Shown here in pieces: positions 53,901 to 64,000 of a DNA stretch of 64,000 nt (position 1 is the stretch's first letter; every line of letters starts with the position of its first letter). The stretch comes from Octopus bimaculoides. Taxonomy: Eukaryota. Where the stretch lies: positions 73,818,072 through 73,882,071 of the forward strand of contig NC_068990.1 in NCBI RefSeq assembly GCF_001194135.2. Direction: 5' to 3'. A program made the translations under genes and the position numbers. The notes under the pieces are model-generated. The model saw only the letters and a list, made by a program, of their open reading frames with translations, did no database searches and was not told where the DNA came from.

Positions 53901-55394
53901 CTGAACTGCCAATGATTGCTAGATCAGTTCTGCTAAGTGATCTGAAGGAATGCAAATGGAATACTGAGAGTTAGAGATTTGGCTGCAGTTCCAAGCAGAT
54001 CAAGCAACCCCTAAAGACTTCCTCATTACCTCAAATGATTATAAAGTGTGGTGAATGCCTGACTAATTGATTTATCTATAACTTATTCACATGCTTTGTG
54101 TTCTAAATATAAGAAACTATTTTTTATCCTTTGCATTAAATAAATAATTCATGAAGTTTCAGGGTTGACTAGTTCAGCATTATCAGTCTCCTAAATTCTG
54201 GGACCTTATACCAATTTTTAAAATCATTAATTCTATAATTCTATTCTGCTTTTTATTCAGGTAATCCACTAAATACAATGCTACACTCACTATTTCAGTT
54301 TAGTAAACCAAAACATGAGTCATTTGTATATTTTTGTATATTTTGTTTGTCTTTTGTAGGAAATCTACAATGAGTTAAATTTGAGCTACATGTTAGAAAA
54401 TATTAATTAAAATACATTTTGATATAAATTATTGCTTTTTATTTTATAAAGCACTAGTCAATTAGAATAATTAATTTTTGCAACGTTATTATTCATTTGA
54501 AAGTTTATGGAAATTAATAAGGAAAACTATTGTCTTTTTTTTTACTTTTTCTAAAAGATACCACTAAATTTTCAAGAGAATCAACTTATGTAGTTGTTTT
54601 TGCTAGTTATACAAAAGACAAAACAAAAATTTCCACAAGTTTTAAACAATATTTAGCATTAATTTAGATAAAGTATAAATTTTTCAAATTTGTATATCAT
54701 TAAGAGAATTTTCTGGTTTTTCAAACAGTCTTTCATCATGGAAAGAGAAATGCTTCTTTTTTTTTTTGTATGTGTGTGTACTGTCAAAGTGTAAAAATAC
54801 TTGCCGATATTACACTAAGACAAATGAAAGATACACGAACATTCCTTTATCTTTTCTTTCTCTAGCAAAGCACTCTGTCTATTTGTAAAAGAATTCTTCT
54901 CTAAATGGGATACAAACTGAAAATACTTAGTACTTTATCAATAAAACACTTTTTACTGACACAGATCATCAGTAATTTCAAGGATTTTTTTAACAATTAA
55001 TTTAGTCAAATAATTTCTTACATTGGTGAAAGGACAGGCCACACATCTAGAGAGAAGTACATGGTGGGTACATTATTTATTGGCTAGAAAGAGGGCATAT
55101 AAAGTTGAACCAGGCAAATTTCAACTCAGACATAGAGAATAGGACAAAACAAAAAAGAAAAAGAAAACAAAATTGCAAGGTAATTAATCCAATATTTTAC
55201 TGAATCTGCTAATTTATTGTTCTTTGACCATGTCAAATATCAAATTTTAGTTAATGACTAACAAGCTGAGAGGAGTGTGTCAAACTACTGGTCAATTGCT
55301 TATATGTCATCAATAATTCTTATCAACTCTGCACATTTAGCTGTCGGTAAAAGTCACAGGTACTTAAAGATTATGTTTTCAGGCAACTGAAAAT

Positions 55395-55860
55395 CTATAA
55401 AATTGGTTTCAAATTGTGGTACAAGGCAGAAATTTCAAGAGAGGGGTTAAGTTGATTATGTTGGCCTCAGTACTGAGCTAATAGTTATTTTATTGACCCC
55501 TATAACATGGGAGGCAAAGCTGATCTCAATGGAATCTGAAAGCAGAACATAAAGATGGGTGAAATGCCACTAAGCATTTTGCCTGGCATGCTAATGATTC
55601 TGCCAACATGTCATCTCAATGGAGACCTGTAATATTAGCTTCAAATTTTGGCACAGGCCAACAATTTTAGGGGAAGGGTTTAAGTCGATTACATTGATCC
55701 CAGTACTCAACTCGTTCTTTTTTTATCGACCCTGAAAGGATGAAGGGCAAAGACAACCTCAGCAAAATTTAGACTTAGAATATGAAGACAATATGAAATG
55801 CTGCTAATCATTTTGCCCAGATAGCTAACGATTCTGCCAGCTTGTTGCCTCAATGAGAAC
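55395..55860 (-). mobile_element. Tandem pair of family B SINEs, ~233-bp unit
   Basis: Two head-to-tail copies, each followed by a similar flank ctcaatg(g)agaNctgYaat. Confidence 0.8.
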
Positions 55861-56017
55861 TGCAATTTATATGTGCTTCATTATCCTACTTGGGATGAAT
55901 TTAAGCTGTTCTATGTAATTGGGACTCAACAAAAATGATATATTTTATGCCTGTTTAAACACTTGTTTGCATTCTTAACAAAATTAGATGGCTATTTCTT
56001 TTTTATAAGCAGAGAGT

Positions 56018-56545
56018 GGCACACGAGTGGCTGTGTGGTACGTAGCTTGCTTACCAATCACATGGTTCCGGGTTCAGTCCCACTGCATGGCACCTTTGGC
56101 AAGTGTCTTCTACTATAGCCTCGGGCTGACCAAAGCCTTGTGAGTGGATTTGGTAGACAGAAACTGAAAGAAACCCATCATATATATCATCATCATCATC
56201 ATCATATATATATATATATATATATATANNNNNNNNNNNNNNNNNNNNNNNNNNNNNNNNNNNNNNNNNNNNNNNNNNNNNNNNNNNNNNNNNNNNNNNN
56301 NNNNNNNNNNNNNNNATATGTATGTATGTGTGTTTGTGTGTCTATGTTTGTCCTCCCCACCATTGCTTGACAACTGATGCTGGTGTGTTTACGCCCCTGT
56401 AATTTAGCGGTTCGGCAAAAAGAGACCGGTAGAATAAGTACTAGGCTTACAAAGAATAAGTCCTGGGGTTGATTTTCTCGACTAAAGGCGGTGCTCCAGC
56501 ATGGCCACAGTCAAATGGCTGAAACAAGTAAAAGAGTAAAGGGAG
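56018..56545 (+). mobile_element. Full-length SINE family A with internal microsatellite and gap
   Basis: A-box TGGCTGTGTGG, B-box GGTTCAGTCCC, CORE-like cttgggcaagtgtc, tail aagtaaaagagtaaa. Confidence 0.9.
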
Positions 56546-57666
56546 AGTGATAAAACCCTGTCTTGAATTTGAACTCATGAAACGAGCTGTTCACTTGACA
56601 ATGTTGTCCTGGATATGAAAATTGAGAAGATATCAACCACAAGTAGGCCATAAGTAATTAGTATAGACAGTAACATTCAGAAAATGAAACAATATGCTAA
56701 AATCTGCCTTTGAAACTAAATAAAATTTAACAGAGCTTAAAGTAGTGTGAAACAAAAGTTCTGTATGAATTCATTAGACCTTTGTATAGATATACCAAAA
56801 TTCATGATGCAACAAACAATATGTATGAGATACTGAAAAAAAAATAGTATATATAAATGATAGTGACAATCATTTTGAGATCTAGAGTAAGTAAAATCAA
56901 ATTAGAAGTTTGACAGCAAACAGCTGTATCCATTAAGTATAGAATATATTAAATTAAGCAATGTTACCAATTGCAGAGTCCATAATGTCTATTATTGGAA
57001 TTTTAAACTTCTCATATGGTTTTCATCAAATAAATTTAACTGTCCTCTTTAAAGTTAAGGTATCTAGATACAACTACCAAATACCATTGGCATCATCACC
57101 ACTGCCGACCACCACTACCACCTACACCACCACCTACACCACCACCACCACCACCACCACTACCACCACCACCACTACCACTTCCACCACCATCACCACA
57201 AATCACCACCACCAGACCACCAATCACCAGACCACCACCACCACTATCATCTTCATCATTATCGTCGTTGCTGTGGTCATCATCATCATCCTTATCATTA
57301 GCAACATGATCAACATCATCATTATAATCATCATTAGTCCCCCTCCTCCCCCTCCTCTTCAATGTCATTGTCATCGTTGTGGTTGTCATCACCATAGATG
57401 CCATCATTGTCACTGTCATTTCATTAGCTTTGTTAGTTGCCCTCATTGTCCTTATCGTAAATGTAATTAACAACAACAATATCATCACCATTATAATAGT
57501 TCTTTCTGTTTTGTTTTGTTTTTTAATCTCTGTTGATACGAGTTGAATCAGTGTACGTAACTTAATATCATGAAGCTGACTTCAATTGTATAGCATTCTA
57601 TCTGATATATGATATACGATGTCCACACTTAACACAACTAAAATATTCATTCCAGAGACATCTATG

Positions 57667-57738
<72 letters not shown>

Positions 57739-58176
57739 AGTCGGGAACGTCTTTTTACAAGATCTCATAAATTATTGACACATGCATGGTTGTGTGATTA
57801 AGTTTATTTTCACAACTCACATGATTTCTGGTTCAATCCCAATGCCTGAAACCCTTAAAGAAATGTCTTTTACTACAGTCTTAAAGTCAACAAAAGCCTT
57901 GTGAACAAATCTTTGGTCACAAAAACAAGAATGTCTCACTTGACCAAAATAACCAAATGTTCCTCAGCTTAGGATTTCAAGAGTAAAGAAGGACACATTA
58001 TATAATGTTCCAGATACGGATATCTTTAAAAAGATGGCTTTGTCAACCAATGGTATCATAAGGAATGCTGGCTGAATCGTACATCACTGGACGAAATGCT
58101 TTCTTTTGTTCTGAGTTCAAATACAACTAAGGTCAGCTTATATATGTGTATATATATATATATAATATATAGATTT

Positions 58177-58592
58177 GGTGTAGGAGTGGCTGTGTGGTAA
58201 GTAGCTTGCTTACGAATCACACGGTTCTGGGTTCAGTCCCACTGCTTGGCACCTTGGGTAAGTGTCTTCTACTATAGCCTCGGGCCGACCAAAACCTTGT
58301 GAGCGGATTTGGTAGACAGAAACTGAAAGAAGCCCATTGTATATATGTATGTATATATACATATATATGTATGTGTGTATATGTGTTTGTGTGTCTGTGT
58401 TTGTCCCTCCAACATCACTTGACAACCGATGCTGGTGTTTACGTCTCCGTAACTTAGCAGTTCAGCAAAAGAGACCGATAGAATAAGTACTAGGCTTACA
58501 AAGAATAAGTCCTGGGGTCGATTTGCTCGACTAAAGGTGGTGCTCCAGCATGGCCACAGTCAAATGACTGAAACAAGTAAAAGAGTAAAAGA
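58177..58592 (+). mobile_element. Full-length SINE family A
   Basis: Same architecture and high identity to the 56018 copy. Confidence 0.92.
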
Positions 58593-58789
58593 ATATATAT
58601 TATATGCATATATGCCCAAGGTGCTGCACAATGAGATTGAACACAAAAGCATATGGTTGTGAAGTGAATTTCACTTCCTAACCACACAGCCATACCAGTG
58701 TCCTTATTTACATTTTACAGACATCTCCACCACCCCAATTTTCATGTGCTACAAAATTAAACAACTCTTTCAGAGAAAGAGTTTCTGTC

Positions 58790-58820
<31 letters not shown>

Positions 58821-58887
58821 CTATCTAACTATATATCTGTCTGTCTGTCTGTACGTATGTATGTTTGTGTATTTATGTATATATGTA

Positions 58888-58927
<40 letters not shown>

Positions 58928-60424
58928 CTTTTATGTATGAATGTATGTTTGTGTGACAGGTTTCTTTCTGTTTCCATCAACCAAATCCACTTATAAAACT
59001 TTGATTGGTCTGGAGTTCTAGTAAAAGTCTCTTGCTCAAGATACCACACAATGGAATTGAACACAAAACCTCGTATCTTATTGTTGGATTAAGCTTGAGT
59101 ATTTTGTCAATGTTTCATTATTGTTCAATTTTTATAACAGTTTGCAATAAACCAAAGACTTAAAATATATTGTTACTGCACTGAAGACATGGAAATGTTG
59201 TTTTGATTTTTCTGTTTTTTTTTTTTAAACTGATTTGGTTTGTACATTGAGTAGCTTATGTGGTGATATACAACTTCAATCAGTGATTATTGTTATTGTA
59301 TATCTCCAATCAAATCTTAAGCACAAGCAGAACATGAAGCCATGATACATAGAGAGATAGCTGATTAAATGAATCAAATACTCAATGTCTCTAGCTGTTT
59401 GTAGCTGTGCTGAGCTCACATTTATACCACTAAATGTACTCTGAACAATGAAAAGTAAAAACAAACATGAGATAATTGCTTCAAAGAAAATAAAGATGTT
59501 TCAGAGAGATTTAGCTGCTACTTTTAAAACAATCATGTGATTATATACAATTGTATTTTATTTATAATGCACTTTCTATTATACTTATATTTTGGTATGG
59601 GTAAATATATTTCTAAAACACTTGTGTAGTTCTAAAAAGAAATTCACTTTTCTTGCTATTGTTATCTTTGATTAATTATTGTCTAATTTCCTGTGAGATG
59701 TTTTAAGAAAATACTTACTGGTGTTTAGACATAGGGAGGTTGAACATTTCTTGATTAAGTTTATTCAAAATTCAACAAGAAGATATAGTAATCAGCATGA
59801 CATGGCACAGAAGTCACAGTTGTAAAGTACTTTAAGTAAGAATTGGAACACAAATATATTGCAACAGGCTCATGCATGCACACACACACACACACACACA
59901 TAAATGCTTGCATATGCACTAACAAATCTATATCAGATGTGTGTATACATGTATATGTGCATATGAATGTATATGTATGTGCACATATATATGTGTCGTC
60001 AAGCTCGCACGAACTTTCTTCATCTCTCTTCCTTCCAGTTCGTCGCTTCACAGCATTCAGTATAGACATATATATTTCACGTCTGGCTGTATAGCCTTTC
60101 TTGTTTATTTTCACTGTTTTGTTTTCCTGTCTTGTTTTCTGTCCACCACTACATTCCTCCACGTTACAAATTTAATTTGTGGTCCGTCGGAAGAGCCATT
60201 CTAACAATGCATCCTGCCCTAACTCTTCAAAACGCTTAGTTTTAGAATGGTGGCAGCTGATGAAGGAAATGTTCTCTATGTGACCTGTGTGTTTTCTGTA
60301 CTCTGTTTATCATTTTGTCCATGTATTTTTGCAACGTCCTGTACCCAGATAGGCATCTATATATACATGTAGATGGAGGTATGTACATACATGTACGTAT
60401 ATATGCATGTACTCATATATTATT

Positions 60425-60495
<71 letters not shown>

Positions 60496-61089
60496 GTGTA
60501 GATTCAAAAATTAAACAGCAGCAAAACAAACAGCAAATGGAAAATTCACAAACAAGGCATGGACCTGCCCTTTCTTCCTCTGTTACCAGTCATTACATTT
60601 TCACATCTTTAATGATAATATTGTTAATTTTGGGCGGTGTCAACAGCGAAAAGCTGCTGGGATTAGTGAGTGTACATTGATGACAATAGTGAAAGCAAAT
60701 ACGATTACAACACATGTATAAATGTAAATATACAAACAAAATAGATCATACATTATACATACAAAATAAAGGCTGTGGAGCTTTGAGACAAGACATGGCA
60801 TGAGTATGCAACGGATATTGTCCTATAGGACTGGAAAGATGAGAGGCAAAAAAGAAAAAAAAAGAAAAACGAATAGTGGAAAAAATAAACCCAAAGTTGA
60901 AAGTAGAAAACACAAGAGGTCAGAAGAAGCATGATTGAAGAACTCAGTAAAAAGAAAAAAAGAAAGTTAAAAAGGGAATGGTCATGAATTATGTGGTAGT
61001 CGGAGGAGAGTGAAAAATGCAGAGGATGGAGAGACAGAGAAAGGTAAGTATATATCATCATCATCATCATTATCATCGTCGTCATCGTG

Positions 61090-61737
61090 GTCGTTGTCTT
61101 CATCACCATCATCATCATTTAACATCCATTTTTTTATGTAAGCATGGGTTGGACAGTTTGACAAGAGCTTACCAGTTGAAGGGCTGTTTAGGCTCCATGT
61201 CAATTTTGGCATAGTTTCTATGGTTAGATGCCCTTCCTAATGTGAACCACTTTACAGAGTGGACTGAGTGTTTTTACACAGTACCAGCATGGGTGATTTT
61301 TATGTGGCACCAGCACCTATGAGCCCTCAAGACTAAAGATGCTCAGATAGAGAGGATTGCAGGGGATAAGCCTGTATGCAAGGGCAACCAAGCTTTTACT
61401 TAGCTTGATGTGTCTTTTCAAGCACAGCAAACCGTCAGGTATCTTGGTCCCCTGTCATCCCCTCTGTGAGTCCCAACATCTGCAGATCCTCCCTCACCAC
61501 TTCGTCCATGTCTTCCTGGGTCTACCCCTTCCATATGTTCCCTCTACAATTAGAAATCAACACCTCTTGATACAACTGTCTTCATTCATACACATTACAT
61601 GGCCACACCAGTGCTGTCTTCTCTCTCGCATGCTACATCTGATACTATGTATGCTCGGTTTTTCTCTCAGATCACATTCTGTCATATATGTGCTCTGATA
61701 TTACCCATCCAGTGAAGCATACTGGCTTCATTTCTAG
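61090..61737 (-). pseudogene. RTE 3' end plus family C tail, left arm of palindrome
   Basis: Minus strand RNEASMLHWM, GRGRPRKTW, DLQMLGLTEGM, WRFAVLEKTHQAK, then family C ending in (GAT)n. Confidence 0.85.
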
Positions 61738-62765
61738 GGTCTCTCTTTCTGAGTGAAAGGCAGATTGTTTGATGCCTGTGTGCAAACAGCTATGCTGTAT
61801 GGCAGTGAAACATTGGCTATGACAGCCAAGGACATGCATAGGCTTGAGAGAAATGAAGCCAGTATGCTTTGTTGGATGTGCAATGTCAGTGTGAATGTTT
61901 GACAGAGTGTAATAATCTTGAGAGAAACGTTAGGCATAAGAGGAATCAGATGTGGTGTGCAAGAGAGATGACTGCACTGGTATGGTCATGTGATGTGTAT
62001 GGACGAGGACAGCTGTGTAAAGAAGTGTCGATCTCTAGCTGTGGAGGCAATCTGTGGCAGAGGTAGACCCAGAAAGACATAGGACAAGGTGGTGAAGAAT
62101 GATCTTTGAACTTTGAGCTTCACAGGGGCAATGGCTTGTGACCGAGACCTTTGGTGGTGTGTTGTGCTTGAGAGGACCTGTCAAGCCAAGTGCACCTGTG
62201 CTGGTGGCACGTAATGAACATCTTTTGAGTGTTGGGTCTCATGGAGGCAGTGTAGCTGATATACTTTTGAGCATTGGGCCTGACAGAGGCAAAGTGGGTG
62301 AGTTCCTTTCAAGCACTGGGCCTCATGGAGGCAACGTAGCTGAGTTCTTTTTGAGTGTTCAAGTGTTGGGTCTCATGGAGACGAGATGACTCAGTTCTTT
62401 GTGAGCGTTGGGCCACATGGAGGCAAAATGACTGAGTTCCTTTCAAGTGTTGTGCCTCACCAAGGCAATGAACAAAGCCTCTGGCATTATATTGTACTTA
62501 AAAAGACCCATCAAGCTGAGCAAAATCACAGTTGTGACAGATACCGGTGTCATACAAATGGTACCTGTGCCAGTGACACATAAAACACTCATTACACTCT
62601 CAGAGTAGTTGGTGTTAGGAAAGGCATCCAGCTGTAGAAAACTGTGCCAAATCAGACTGGAGCCTGGTGCAGCTTTCCAATGTATTAGCCCAATCAAACC
62701 GTCCAACCCATGCCAGCATGGACAACAGACGTTAAATGATGATGAGGATGATGATGATGATGATG
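61738..62765 (+). pseudogene. RTE 3' end, 42-bp minisatellite and family C tail, right arm of palindrome
   Basis: KGRLFDACVQTAMLYGSET, RNEASMLCWMCN, LHWYGHVM, GRGRPRKT; family C at 62590-62765 ending gttaaatgatgatg. Confidence 0.88.
62223..62470 (+). repeat. 42-bp minisatellite, about 6 units
   Basis: Unit ~ttttgagtgttgggcctcatggaggcaaNNtgactgagttc, starting at 62223, 62265, 62307, ~62348, ~62398 and ~62441. Confidence 0.9.
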
Positions 62766-62770
62766 ATGAA

Positions 62771-62824
<54 letters not shown>

Positions 62825-63131
62825 NNNNNNNNNNNNNNNNNNNNNNNNNNNNNNNNNNNNNNNNNNNNNNNNNNNNNNNNNNNNNNNNNNNNNNNNNNNN
62901 NNNNNNNNNNNNNNNNNNNNNNNNNNNNNNNNNNNNNNNNNNNNNNNNNNNNNNNNNNNNNNNNNNNNNNNNNNNNNNNNNNNNNNNNNNNNNNNNNNNN
63001 NNNNNNNNNNNNNNNNNNNNNNNNNNNNNNNNNNNNNNNNNNNNNNNNNNNNNNNNNNNNNNNNNNNNNNNNNNNNNNNNNNNNNNNNNNNNNNNNNNNN
63101 NNNNNNNNNNNNNNNNNNNNNNNNNNNNNNN

Positions 63132-63362
63132 TTGAGCGTGGCCGTTGCCAGTACCGCCTGACTGGCCTTCGTGCGGGTGACATGTAAAAGCACCCACTAC
63201 ACTCTCTGAGCGGTTGGCGTTAGGAAGGGCATCCAGCTGTAGAAAATCTGCCAAATCAGATTGGAGCCTGGTGTAGCCATCTGGTTTCACCAGTCCTCAG
63301 TCAAATTGTCCAACCCATGCTAGCATGGAAAGCGGACGTTAAACGATGATGATGTTGATGAT
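63132..63362 (+). mobile_element. Family C repeat with (GAT)n tail
   Basis: ggcgttaggaagggcatccagctgtagaaa...gttaaacgatgatgatg. Confidence 0.85.
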
Positions 63363-64000
63363 GATGTGTGTGTACATATAAATTTTAAAAAATGGAACAA
63401 GAATAAAATGGATGACAATGAAACCATATGGACAGATGGATGATACAAGGATGGACAGGAAAACCAGGACAGAAAATATGTGGCCATCTATTCATCAGTC
63501 AAGATTCCAGTTATCACTACAGTTTCGGCTTGTTACACTTGAGACTGGTCAAAATTGGTAGGCCCCAAAAATCTAAGCTAAGGACATTAAATTTCTGGAA
63601 GAAAGCGAGTGAATATGTGTGACAATACAAACAAAAAAAAAAAGAGAGAAAATGGAGAAACCGTTACAAGATTATAAATACAAACAAAAAGAATAACAAC
63701 AGGTGACTTGCGACTAAAAGGACAAGTTAAGTTAAGCTGGCATATACATATAAATGTGTGTGTGTGTGTGTGTGTGTGTGTATCTATCTATCTATCTATA
63801 TATATATATATATATATATTATTTTGTTTAAAAGATTTCTAACACTGTCTGTTTTTTATGTTTTATTTATATTCCTGCAGAACTAATGTGGGGTATAGAA
63901 TATGGAATATACAATATATAATATAATATACAATATACAATATAAAATAAAATAAAATAAAAATGGATGGCACCATGAAAGAAAGTATTGAATGTAAATG

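Noticed and set aside
56018-56110. tRNA genes at SINE heads
   Set aside because: A and B boxes are present, but there is no complete cloverleaf and the sequence continues into the SINE body.
57090-57490. Thr/His/Cys-rich or Gly/Asp-rich ORFs, also at 39126-39584 and 40546-40972
   Set aside because: Trinucleotide mosaics open on both strands with no splice or domain support.
60180-60270. Possible permuted hammerhead (ctcttcaaaac...gctgatgaagg)
   Set aside because: No helix I/III or NUH cleavage site can be built.
1271-64000. Most ORFs in the supplied track (poly-CV, HT, IY, L, S, X)
   Set aside because: They are translations of microsatellites or N-gaps, not genes.

Overview
Eukaryotic, AT-rich, repeat-saturated intronic or intergenic DNA with about 16 assembly gaps, most flanked by microsatellites. 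The SINE families and (TA)n/(CA)n/(TATG)n/(CAT)n microsatellites look like an octopus genome; this is recognition from memory, not a database result. There is no intact protein-coding gene, rRNA, true tRNA or CRISPR array, and most of the supplied ORF track is microsatellite or N-gap artefact. Recognisable content is decayed transposons: two HERO-clade RT fragments, an R4/Dong endonuclease 3' end, a probable Tx1/L1 fragment, several RTE fragments, two mariner transposase remnants, hAT- and piggyBac-type MITEs (one triple nest), a foldback MITE, many tRNA-derived SINEs, and a Helitron with an intact 3' terminus. Best leads: (1) a Helitron-borne array of about 24 units whose core stacks kappaB-like, STAT (TTCCAGGAA) and ETS motifs at roughly 3- and 4-helical-turn spacing; (2) a minus-strand 12-nt microexon or recursive splice site made of two tandem perfect U1-complementary donors, with candidate exons on either side; (3) a ~1.7-kb head-to-head RTE palindrome containing an RTE-derived minisatellite; (4) a 135-bp, ~95% identical inverted repeat bracketing 3.4 kb of TE debris. 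All functional readings are hypotheses. Repeat boundaries are approximate unless termini are quoted.
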